32,000 nucleotides of DNA, taken from the NCBI RefSeq assembly GCF_000025945.1, contig NC_006138.1:3420001-3452000 (forward strand), given 5' to 3'. This stretch comes from Desulfotalea psychrophila LSv54. Lineage in GTDB: Bacteria > Desulfobacterota > Desulfobulbia > Desulfobulbales > Desulfocapsaceae. The notes beneath the pieces were generated by a model. That model saw only the letters and a list, made by a program, of their open reading frames with translations. It did no database searches and was not told the DNA's origin. Below are positions 23,322 through 32,000 of the stretch, one piece after another. Position numbers and translations under genes: made by a program. Within the stretch, counting starts at the first letter, position 1. The number at the start of each line of letters is the position of its first letter.

Positions 23322-24281
23322 ATGAACGTGATTGACTTTCGGTTTCGCCCTAACACCCCTGAAATTTTGGATGGCATTCAACACAGCACCATGTTCAAGG
23401 GTTTGTGCAAGCATATTGATTTTTCCAAAATGAAACCGCAGACAGTTGCTGAGTGTGTTCAGGATCTTACTGCACATAATGTTGTACGTGCGGTTATCAC
23501 AGGTCGTGACTGCGAGACCACCTACAACGGATCTAAGCACAACAACCAAAGCATCATGAATTGGATTCAGCAGTTTCCTGAAAAATTCATCGGCTTCTTT
23601 GGAATGGATCCTCACAAGGGTATGAAAGGCATTGCCTCACTCGTTACCGCTGTAGAGACCTACGGCATGCGCGGTGCTGCCATCGATCCTTACCTTGCTC
23701 AGCTTTACCCAAATGACGCAAAATATTACCCAATCTACAGCAAGTGTTGCGAGCTTAACATCCCTATCGTTTTCACCACTGGTCCTGCTACTCTGGTACC
23801 AGGCGCTGTAATTGATCACGTTGCTCCACGTTATATTGACTTTGTTGCCCGTGACTTCCCAGATCTCAAGATTGTTATCAGCCACGGCGGATACCCTTGG
23901 GTTAACGAGGCAATCGTCGTTACCGAGCGTAATGCCAACGTATACCTTGATATCTCTGAGTTCGAGGCATCTCCAATGTCTGAGGCTTACGTTCAAGCAG
24001 CAAACAGCATGATTGCTGACAAGCTTCTCTACGCAAGTGCTCACCCATTCATTGATTTCCGTGATGCACTCGCAACCTACAACGGACTTCCAATTTCCGA
24101 CGAAGCTCGTCAGAAAATCATGCACGATAATGCTGCTAAGCTTCTCGGCATTGAGACCGTTGCACCTGTTGCTGCTCCTGTTGCTGCTCCTGCATACAAT
24201 GCAAGTAGCAACAACGCTACCAGCACCGCAGACTTAGTTCGAAGCATCGTAGCAGAGGTTGTTGCCCGTCAAAACGGTTAA
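23322..24281 (+). CDS. Amidohydrolase_2-like TIM-barrel protein (COG2159-like), lacking the HxH motif, with a C-terminal linker plus encapsulation-peptide-like helix
   Basis: 319 aa. It starts VIDFRFRP where the family normally has IDxHxH. It also has VISHGGYPW, a YASAHPF segment and MHDNAAKLLGI, typical of the family C-terminus. The tail is VAPVAAPVAAPAYNASSNNATS + TADLVRSIVAEVVARQNG. AAGAGGA RBS. A terminator follows. Confidence 0.8.
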   Translation: MNVIDFRFRPNTPEILDGIQHSTMFKGLCKHIDFSKMKPQTVAECVQDLTAHNVVRAVITGRDCETTYNGSKHNNQSIMNWIQQFPEKFIGFFGMDPHKGMKGIASLVTAVETYGMRGAAIDPYLAQLYPNDAKYYPIYSKCCELNIPIVFTTGPATLVPGAVIDHVAPRYIDFVARDFPDLKIVISHGGYPWVNEAIVVTERNANVYLDISEFEASPMSEAYVQAANSMIADKLLYASAHPFIDFRDALATYNGLPISDEARQKIMHDNAAKLLGIETVAPVAAPVAAPAYNASSNNATSTADLVRSIVAEVVARQNG

Positions 24282-24330
24282 TTACCAGGATCCACCCAGA
24301 GGCCCAAACCTCTAACAGAAAGACAAAAAA

Positions 24331-24368
24331 GGCGTGCGTTTCTCTCCTCAGAGAATCACGCCTTTTTT
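24331..24368 (+). terminator. Rho-independent terminator after the amidohydrolase-fold gene
   Basis: GGCGTGCGTTTCTC-loop-GAGAATCACGCC followed by T6. Confidence 0.8.
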
Positions 24369-24838
24369 ATTGCTCTGCAAACTCCATGTACCAGCAAGGC
24401 CAGGACAAAAAATATATATCAATATTTTTTATCTCCTTTTAAACTTTTTTTGGAGTATTGCTATTTCAACTTGCTCCTTATAATTACAAAGAAAGATCTG
24501 TTTTTAAATTTTACCGGTTGGTTAGGAACTATTTTTTCCTGCCAAAATAGCCGCCGAAATAGTTTGACAGAAAGCAAAATTTCCATTCTATGTATCAGCA
24601 TATTACACAAGAATGTACTAATGGCTTTCTCTCACCTTAGAGAAGATGGAGTATGCCAAATATAGATTTAACAAAAATGAAGTATGCTAATTAATAATTT
24701 TGACCAAACGATTTTTTTTAGGAGGTTTGCCACAAACTATATCACGTAATCAGCTGCCGCCCCATCACCCAGTAGAAAGTCGCAGCTGCAAGAGCAAAGA
24801 GAGCACAAAAGATATTTATTGAAAAGAGAGGTAGAAAA

Positions 24839-25651
24839 ATGCAAGTCATCGCTTGTATTAAGCAGGTACCTGATACAACTCAGGTAAAAATTGACCCAGT
24901 GACCAATACCCTCGTTCGTGAAGGTATTCCCTTTATCGTCAATCCCTATGACACCCATGCTCTTGAGGCCGCACTGGATCTCAAAGATAAGTATGGGGTT
25001 AGCGTGACCGTGGTCACCATGGGCCCACCGAATTCGGCAAACGCCCTGAAGAAGGCCCTGGCCATGGGAGCTGATCGTGCCATTCTCTTGTCCGATCGCG
25101 CCTTTGGTGGTGCCGACACCCTGGCCACCAGTAAGGTTATCACAGCAGCTCTTGCCAAACTACAGGGAGAGGAAGAAATCGGCCTCATCTTCTGTGGTAA
25201 GCAGACCATTGACGGCGACACAGCTCAGGTAGGACCCGGCATTGCATCTCGAATGAAAATCCCTCAACTCACCTTGGTTGATAACGTAGAAGAGTTCACT
25301 CCTGCAAGCAAAAAAATCCGCGTGCGCAGAAAGCTTGAAGGACGCTACGAAAGAGTTGAATCAAAAATGCCTGCCCTGGTCACCGTTGTTCGCGAGATCA
25401 ACAGCCCACGCTACCCCACCGTTCCTACCCGCCTCAAGTCGTTTAATGCCCCAATTGAAACCTGGGATAACAGCGACCTTAAAATCGACCCTGAAACCAT
25501 CGGTCTCAAAGGCTCTGCCACCTGGGTAAGCAAGATTTTCAGCCCAGAGAGAGAGAAGGGAGAAATTGTAGGAGATGGAATCAATGCTCCACAAGAGGCA
25601 GCTGCACAGCTTATCGATAAACTTTTGAGCAAAGATGTGCTCTCGTTCTAG
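24839..25651 (+). CDS. etfB: Electron transfer flavoprotein beta subunit
   Basis: 270 aa. MQVIACIKQVPDTTQVKIDP..., NPYDTHALEAAL and CGKQTIDGDTAQVGP are typical of EtfB/FixA. Confidence 0.93.
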   Translation: MQVIACIKQVPDTTQVKIDPVTNTLVREGIPFIVNPYDTHALEAALDLKDKYGVSVTVVTMGPPNSANALKKALAMGADRAILLSDRAFGGADTLATSKVITAALAKLQGEEEIGLIFCGKQTIDGDTAQVGPGIASRMKIPQLTLVDNVEEFTPASKKIRVRRKLEGRYERVESKMPALVTVVREINSPRYPTVPTRLKSFNAPIETWDNSDLKIDPETIGLKGSATWVSKIFSPEREKGEIVGDGINAPQEAAAQLIDKLLSKDVLSF

Positions 25652-25662
25652 AGGAAAAAGTT

Positions 25663-26973
25663 ATGACAAAGAAAGTAAAGCGACCAAGAGGTAAAGCTCA
25701 ACTCCTTGAGGGAAAATGTATCAGCTGTGGTGGACGCTGCGAAAGCTCGTGTCCCGTTGCATGTATCACCATGAGCGATGCTGGCGAGCCACAAATTAAT
25801 ACAGCAAAGTGCATAGGCTGTAAAAAATGTGTCAAGGCCTGTCCCGGAGAAGCACTCGAGATATTCTTCACCCCTGAAGAACTTGCCATCCTGAAAGAAC
25901 TCGGAGCTGATACCACGGTAGTAGAACCCACTCCGGAAGAGAAGGCTATTGCCGAGCGTAACGCTCAGTATAAAAACGTATGGGTTCTTGTCGAGCAAAC
26001 CGAAGGCATAGTCGCCGAGGTCTCTTGGGAGCTTCTTGGCGAAGGACGAAAGCTTGCCAATAAACGCGGCTCTGAAGTTTGTGCCCTTATTATTGGTGCT
26101 GGCGTTCGTAATATCTGCGCTGACGCCTTTCACTATGGCGCCGATAAGTGCTACCTCATCGACAACCCTGTTTTTAAAGAGTACCGCACCGAGCCCTATT
26201 TCCGTGCCTGTTGCGACATGATTCATAAGCATAAGCCAGAAATCGTTCTCATGGGAGCCACCGGCCTTGGTCGCGATCTGGCCGGAGCGGTTGCCACAGA
26301 GCTACAAACCGGGCTTACCGCCGACTGTACCGAACTGGACATCGATCCAAAGGGTAATCTGATGCAGACCCGCCCAGCCTTTGGCGGCAACATCATGGCA
26401 ACCATTATGTGCGACAAGTTTCGTCCACAGATGTCCACTGTTCGCCCCAAGGTTATGCAACTTGCCCCGATATCAGAAAACCCCAAATCTGAAATCATCG
26501 AAGAGACGGTTGATATCCCTGCCACAAGCATCATGACCAAAGTTCTTGAGATTATTCGCGAGAAAAAAGGTAGCAGCGATATCGATATCTCCAGCACAGA
26601 ATTTATCGTAGCTGGTGGTCGTGGCATGATGAGCAAGGAAAATTTTTCCATCCTCAACGAACTCGCCGATGAACTTGGTGCTGTAGTTGCTGGATCACGA
26701 ATGGCTGTCGATGCGGGTTGGGTTTCCCACACCAGACAAGTTGGTCAAACGGGCAAAACAGTTCGACCTGTTGTTTATATCGCCGTCGGTATTTCAGGCG
26801 CTATTCAACACATGGTTGGTATGCAAGACTCTGATATGATCATTGCCGTCAACAAAGATAAGGATGCACCAATCTTTGAAGTAGCAAACTACGGTATCGT
26901 CGGCGACCTCTTTGAGGTGGTTCCGGCTATGACCAAAAAGATTCGCGAGGCCAAGGCCTCTGCACAACACTAA
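25663..26973 (+). CDS. etfA: Electron transfer flavoprotein alpha subunit with N-terminal 2x[4Fe-4S] ferredoxin domain
   Basis: 436 aa. CISCGGRCESSCP and CIGCKKCVKACP are followed by an EtfA/FixB body (IVAGGRGM, SRMAVDAGW, VGQTGKTVRP..YIAVGISGAIQH). Confidence 0.92.
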   Translation: MTKKVKRPRGKAQLLEGKCISCGGRCESSCPVACITMSDAGEPQINTAKCIGCKKCVKACPGEALEIFFTPEELAILKELGADTTVVEPTPEEKAIAERNAQYKNVWVLVEQTEGIVAEVSWELLGEGRKLANKRGSEVCALIIGAGVRNICADAFHYGADKCYLIDNPVFKEYRTEPYFRACCDMIHKHKPEIVLMGATGLGRDLAGAVATELQTGLTADCTELDIDPKGNLMQTRPAFGGNIMATIMCDKFRPQMSTVRPKVMQLAPISENPKSEIIEETVDIPATSIMTKVLEIIREKKGSSDIDISSTEFIVAGGRGMMSKENFSILNELADELGAVVAGSRMAVDAGWVSHTRQVGQTGKTVRPVVYIAVGISGAIQHMVGMQDSDMIIAVNKDKDAPIFEVANYGIVGDLFEVVPAMTKKIREAKASAQH

Positions 26974-26997
26974 TCATTTTGGAAGGATTTACAGATT

Positions 26998-28947
26998 ATG
27001 CATATTAGCCCAATGATATTCACCCCAATACTGATCGCCTCTCTGCTTCTTTTTGCCTACGGCCTACGGTCACGTCTTAAACTGGCAGCCATGGGTAAGG
27101 CTGAAGATCGATCTGATATGATGGCACAACGAATAGCCATGATGTTCAACATAGCCTTCTTGCAAAAGAAAGTGCTAGGTGGCAGTTTCGGCCTGAATCA
27201 CTTTTTCATCTTTTGGACCTTTATTCTCCTCGCCCTCGCCAATGGTGAGTTTTTGGTAGCTGGCGTTTTTCCCGCTCTCACCTTCAAAGCACTTCCTCAG
27301 GGAATCTTCTCTCCACTGATGTTCGTCTTTGATGTTGTTTCTACCATCTGCCTTATCGCAATTGCTTCGGGAATTATCCGCCGCATCATCGCCCCACCAT
27401 ACAAAGAGGCTCGTACCGCTGAGGCCTTTGGCATTCTCGCCGTTATCGGTGGCCTAATGCTTGCCTACTTCGGCGTCCATGCAGCAGAGCTTGCCCTTGG
27501 TGAAATCAAGGCATCAATGCCTGTTTCCGGCGCTATCGCCTCTATGCTCAGCAATATGGCACCAGCTTCCATTGCCAGCTTTGGCCAGACAGCATGGTGG
27601 ATTCACGCCTTTCTTATCCTAGGCCTGATGAACTACCTGCCCTTTGGCAAGCACATGCACATCATCACCGCCATCCCCAACTGTCTTTTCGGGGCAATCG
27701 ACAAGGTTAACACTGTACCCCGTGAAGAATTTGCTGAGAATAACAGCTATGGCGTACAGGAAGCAAATGACTTCACCTGGAAAGACATTATCGACTCTTT
27801 CACCTGTACCGAGTGTGGCCGTTGCCAGAAGGTATGTCCTGCCACCCTCACCGACAAAGAGTTGGTACCACGTACCCTTATTGAGCAGATCAAGTACAAT
27901 TTGATCGCCAATCAAGCAGAGCTCAAGGCCGGCAAGCCTGTCTCCTACAACCTTATTGGCGACGGCGAAAAGAGCATCAGCAAAGAGGCTATCTGGTCTT
28001 GCCTTACCTGTGGGGCATGCATGCAACAGTGCCCTGTTCTTATTGAGCATGTGCCCAAGATTATCAAGATGCGTCGTCACCTGGTTCAGATGGAGTCCGA
28101 TTTCCCTGAAGAACTGTTAAGCCTTTTCGAAAACATGGAGCAACGTAGCAATCCATGGGGCATGGCACCATCTGATCGTAGTAAATGGGTTGGTGAGCTT
28201 GAAGTGCCAATGTTTGACGAATCCAAAGAGTATCTCTTCTATGTTGGTTGCTCCGGATCCTTCGATGCTCGAGCTCGTCAGGTAACAACCTCCATGGTCA
28301 AAATCCTCAATGCAGCTGGAATCTCCTACGGCATCCTCGGCAAAGATGAGCTCTGCTGTGGAGACAGTGTCCGTCGACTCGGTAACGAGTATGTCTTTGA
28401 TCAAATGGCACAGCAAAACACTGACCTCTTCAAGAAGCTTGGAGTTAAAAAGATCATCACCGCCTGTCCACACTGTTTTACCACCGTCCTCAACGACTAT
28501 AAGCAGTATGGCCTGGAGATCGAAGTTACTCACCACACCACCTTCATCAACAAGCTCATTGCTGAGAAGAAGCTTGCCCTGAATAACACAGAGATGAAAG
28601 GCAAGAATATTGTCTACCATGACTCCTGTTATCTCGGTCGCCACAATGGTATCTACGACGCTCCACGAAACGTCATCACCAGCATCACCCAAAAAGCTCC
28701 AATTGAAATGGAGAAGAACCGTGAGAACGCATTCTGCTGTGGTGCAGGTGGCGGTCGCATGTGGCTTGAAGAACGTACCGAAAAGCGAGTAAATGTTGAA
28801 CGTACCAAACAGGCCCTTGAGACCAATGCTGATTGTATCACCGTTGGCTGTCCATTCTGCCTGACTATGTTTGAAGATGGTGCCAAGGATCTTGGCGCCG
28901 AGGTTCCTGTAAAGGATATTGCCGAGGTAGTTGCCGCAGCACTGTAA
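26998..28947 (+). CDS. Membrane-anchored Fe-S oxidoreductase (HdrD/DsrK-like CCG domains fused to a polytopic His-rich membrane domain); Etf-associated quinone oxidoreductase type
   Basis: 649 aa. The N-terminal ~230 aa are hydrophobic, with several predicted TM helices and conserved His. Ferredoxin motifs are CTECGRCQKVCP and CLTCGACMQQCP. There are two CCG-type Cys-rich regions (CCGDS...CPHCF and CCGAGGG...CPFC). It is co-directional with and 24 nt downstream of etfA. Confidence 0.85.
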   Translation: MHISPMIFTPILIASLLLFAYGLRSRLKLAAMGKAEDRSDMMAQRIAMMFNIAFLQKKVLGGSFGLNHFFIFWTFILLALANGEFLVAGVFPALTFKALPQGIFSPLMFVFDVVSTICLIAIASGIIRRIIAPPYKEARTAEAFGILAVIGGLMLAYFGVHAAELALGEIKASMPVSGAIASMLSNMAPASIASFGQTAWWIHAFLILGLMNYLPFGKHMHIITAIPNCLFGAIDKVNTVPREEFAENNSYGVQEANDFTWKDIIDSFTCTECGRCQKVCPATLTDKELVPRTLIEQIKYNLIANQAELKAGKPVSYNLIGDGEKSISKEAIWSCLTCGACMQQCPVLIEHVPKIIKMRRHLVQMESDFPEELLSLFENMEQRSNPWGMAPSDRSKWVGELEVPMFDESKEYLFYVGCSGSFDARARQVTTSMVKILNAAGISYGILGKDELCCGDSVRRLGNEYVFDQMAQQNTDLFKKLGVKKIITACPHCFTTVLNDYKQYGLEIEVTHHTTFINKLIAEKKLALNNTEMKGKNIVYHDSCYLGRHNGIYDAPRNVITSITQKAPIEMEKNRENAFCCGAGGGRMWLEERTEKRVNVERTKQALETNADCITVGCPFCLTMFEDGAKDLGAEVPVKDIAEVVAAAL

Positions 28948-28973
28948 GAACCAAGCTGGACCGAAGAACAAAA

Positions 28974-29006
28974 AGCCCATACTGCTCTGCAGTATGGGCT
29001 TTTTTT
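28974..29006 (+). terminator. Rho-independent terminator of the etf operon
   Basis: AGCCCATACTGC-tct-GCAGTATGGGCT followed by T6. Confidence 0.85.
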
Positions 29007-29364
29007 ATGCACACCAAAGCAGCAAGCAGTAACTTTGACCAGAAAGCAAAGGACCGCCCCCCCCAGAACATCAAATTAATGGGCTAAGCTCACTACCCTC
29101 CAAGCGTAACCAAACAGATCCATGGATTGTACCGCTATCCCCCCACATGATCAGTGATGGCCCTTTAACGGCTTTCGGCACTCAAGGTGAACTAAAGAAC
29201 TGTGGATGATTCATAGGCTTACCTTACATGGAACAGAGAAGGAAACAAGCCAACAGAGAGCCACACTGTTAGCGGGCAATGCTTTAGCCAAAACACCTTC
29301 CACAACAGAACCTCTCTATCAAGGTCAATCCTGACAAACTGGCCTGGCCATCATGCCGGACAAA

Positions 29365-29399
29365 CAAAAAAAAGCCCCTCCGGATAAATCCAGAGGGGC
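29365..29399 (-). terminator. Rho-independent terminator of the TRAP transporter operon
   Basis: On the minus strand, GCCCCTC-loop-GAGGGGC is followed by T8-9. Confidence 0.8.
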
Positions 29400-29431
29400 A
29401 ATCAGCAACAATCAGGGGCAACCACTCTCTC

Positions 29432-31300
29432 CTAGATCATGAAGAGGGAGAGTTGCGGAATAAAGGTTACAGCAAGCAGTACCAATATCATGACGCCCAA
29501 AAATGGAATAACAACCTTGGAGACCTGCTCAATCTTAACATTAGCAACCCCAGCGGCAACAAAGAGGTTGACCCCAACAGGCGGGGTAACAAAACCAATG
29601 GCCAGGTTGACCACCATGATGATACCAAAATGCAGTGGATCAACACCTACCTTCATGACAATCGGCAGGAGGATGGGTACCAAAATAACAATGGCTGCCA
29701 GGGCCTCCATAAAGGTACCAACGACCAGAAGCAGAACGTTGATCAAGAGCAGGATAACAATTTTATTGGAAGTCATGCCAAGAATGAAGTCGGCAATCAT
29801 AGCCGGTACCTGCTCCACGGTCATGACGTTACCAAAAATCTTGGCCATGGCCATAAGGACAATAACAATCGCCGAGGTTGAACAGGCCTCAATAAAGGCA
29901 GGAGCCAGATTCTTCATGTTCAGCTCGCGGTAGACAAAGATACCAACAACCAAACCGTAGAAGGCTGCAACGGCAGCGGCTTCGGTGGGGGTCATGATAC
30001 CACCGTAGATACCACCGAGAACAATCACCGGTACCATCAGGGCAAGCTTTGCATCCCAAAATGCCCGAGCAAATGTCTTAAAATTACGTTCTTTCACCTC
30101 ACCCTTCCAGCCACGCTTCTTCGAATAAAAGAAACTAAAAACCATCAGGGCAAGTCCGGTAAGAAGACCGGGAACAATACCGGCAATAAAGAGATCACCT
30201 ACCGATACCTGGGCGGAAACACCGTAGACGACAAAGGGGTTGGATGGAGGAATCATTACCCCGATCGCACCGGCGGTTGCCACAACGGCACAGGAAAAGT
30301 ACTTATCATAGCCACGTGCCATCATGGCAGGAATGGTCAGGGAGCCAATTGCAGCAACGGTTGCAGGGCCAGAACCAGAGATTGCGGCAAAGAACATACA
30401 GGTTGCAATGGTCGCAAGGGCCAGACCACCGGGCAGGGCACCGAGAAGTTCATCGGCAAGATCCAGTAGACGGCGGGAAAGCCCACCACAGCCCATGAAC
30501 ACACCGGCAGCAATAAAAAATGGAATTGCCATGATGGGAAAGCTATCAATGGAGGTAAAACTCACCTGCGCCACATACTCAATGGGGAGAGAGCCGTTGG
30601 CCACAACGGTGGCAAGAGCTGCAAGGCCAAGACTGATGGCAATGGGCACACCAATTACCAAAAAGAGGGCAAAGTAGCCAAAGAGCACTGACAATACGTT
30701 AAAGCCACTAAATAAGATTATAGGCAAAGAGATAGCAGCACAGAGCCCCACACCAACAAGTGAATCAAGAATACCCGTTTCCTTAACCTGCTTGAAAAGA
30801 TCCTGAAGCAGGCGCAGAGACATCAGGCCAAAGGCAATGGGCAGAATCAAATAGGGTATATAGTACGGTATTTGCAAGGCTGCTGTAGTCTGTGGATATC
30901 TGATCTGCATACCGATATGCTTGATACCCATATACAAAATTACTGAAGTGAGGATCAAAAAGAAGACATCAACCACAACCCAGCTTATCCGTTGCAAACG
31001 CGGAGGAAGGCGATCATAAACAATATCAACTCGAATATTACTTCGATTCTTGATCGCTATGGGAACTGCCAGATAAGAGATCCAGATAAAGATAAAACGG
31101 GCAAGTTCTTCGGTCCAAACACCAGCACTCGGGTCAGCACCAAGAGGTACGCCGATATAACGGTAGGAGGTTTGGAAGACACTGATGAGAATGATAGAGA
31201 GCATTCCCAAGATAAGAAAGGGCTTTTCAAAATTATCATCAAGCCAATGCATCCAATTTTTATTGGCCGCCGGCATCTGTGGTGGTGTCGCTGAAGACAT
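29432..31300 (-). CDS. TRAP transporter, fused small/large permease (DctQ-DctM fusion)
   Basis: 622 aa, hydrophobic throughout. An N-terminal ~170-aa DctQ-like segment is followed by a DctM-like 12-TM body (GVPIAISLGLAAL..., FFIAAGVFMG, GPATVAAIGS). Confidence 0.9.
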   Translation of the reverse strand: MSSATPPQMPAANKNWMHWLDDNFEKPFLILGMLSIILISVFQTSYRYIGVPLGADPSAGVWTEELARFIFIWISYLAVPIAIKNRSNIRVDIVYDRLPPRLQRISWVVVDVFFLILTSVILYMGIKHIGMQIRYPQTTAALQIPYYIPYLILPIAFGLMSLRLLQDLFKQVKETGILDSLVGVGLCAAISLPIILFSGFNVLSVLFGYFALFLVIGVPIAISLGLAALATVVANGSLPIEYVAQVSFTSIDSFPIMAIPFFIAAGVFMGCGGLSRRLLDLADELLGALPGGLALATIATCMFFAAISGSGPATVAAIGSLTIPAMMARGYDKYFSCAVVATAGAIGVMIPPSNPFVVYGVSAQVSVGDLFIAGIVPGLLTGLALMVFSFFYSKKRGWKGEVKERNFKTFARAFWDAKLALMVPVIVLGGIYGGIMTPTEAAAVAAFYGLVVGIFVYRELNMKNLAPAFIEACSTSAIVIVLMAMAKIFGNVMTVEQVPAMIADFILGMTSNKIVILLLINVLLLVVGTFMEALAAIVILVPILLPIVMKVGVDPLHFGIIMVVNLAIGFVTPPVGVNLFVAAGVANVKIEQVSKVVIPFLGVMILVLLAVTFIPQLSLFMI

Positions 31301-31420
31301 AGAATATTTCCTTACTCACAATAGAATGCCAAAGATCATTCTGCTGAACAATCTTTGGCATTTATATTAAACAGTGAAGGCATACGTGAATCCTCATATG
31401 CCTTTTACTGAAGCTAAAAA

Positions 31421-32000
<580 letters not shown>

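Noticed and set aside
24564-24594. A possible sigma-70 promoter for the etf operon (TTGACA ... TATGTA).
   Set aside because: The spacer is 19 nt and the -10 box matches only 4 of 6 positions, which is too weak to call without transcription start data.
28948-29431. The ~480-nt non-coding gap between the convergent etf and TRAP operons, checked for a small RNA or gene remnant.
   Set aside because: Apart from the two terminators I could see no ORF, repeat, conserved structure or promoter-like signal. Nothing in it can be supported from sequence alone.

Overview
This window looks like it comes from an anaerobe, probably a sulfite- or sulfate-respiring Desulfobacterota-like genome (inferred from gene content only). 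Most of it (4.9-22.4 kb, minus strand) is a glycyl-radical-enzyme (GRE) bacterial microcompartment (BMC) super-locus.

Gene order along the window:
(1) Housekeeping genes on the plus strand: an E. coli-type ycaO, an RluA-family pseudouridine synthase and a radical SAM protein.
(2) A GRE plus its activase, with their own canonical sigma-54 promoter. The GRE active-site residues match my recollection of isethionate sulfite-lyase (IslA/IseG-type, C-S cleaving), not choline lyase or PFL.
(3) Two paralogous, complete BMC operons in tandem.
- Module A (8924-15511): eutQ-like, eutD/pta, BMC-H, pduS-like, pduT-like, BMC-H with tail, BMC-H, eutN-like pentamer, acylating AldDH.
- Module B (16049-22440): the same order, but pta is reduced to a ~45-nt remnant and a eutJ-like gene is added at the end.
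- The copies differ by many silent substitutions, with patches of near-identity. They are therefore old, selected paralogs and not an assembly artefact.
(4) Divergent from module B, a sigma-54-driven amidohydrolase-fold protein. It lacks the canonical HxH metal motif. It ends in an Ala/Pro linker plus an amphipathic helix that shares the hexapeptide SIVAEV with the AldDH N-terminal encapsulation peptide.
(5) An etfB-etfA(ferredoxin-fused)-membrane FeS oxidoreductase operon.
(6) A convergent TRAP transporter (fused DctQM, and a DctP truncated by the window edge).

Most interesting candidate: a second, uncharacterised metabolosome (module B) whose likely cargo or signature enzyme is the encapsulation-peptide-tagged, non-canonical amidohydrolase-fold protein. 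It appears co-regulated with the sulfonate-GRE metabolosome through a shared repeated upstream motif (GTTGC-N6-GCAC) and sigma-54-type promoters. It may also be wired to an Etf/menaquinone module through the duplicated PduS/PduT redox pair, since no alcohol dehydrogenase is present for NAD+ recycling.

I saw no CRISPR array, rRNA, tRNA or mobile-element genes.
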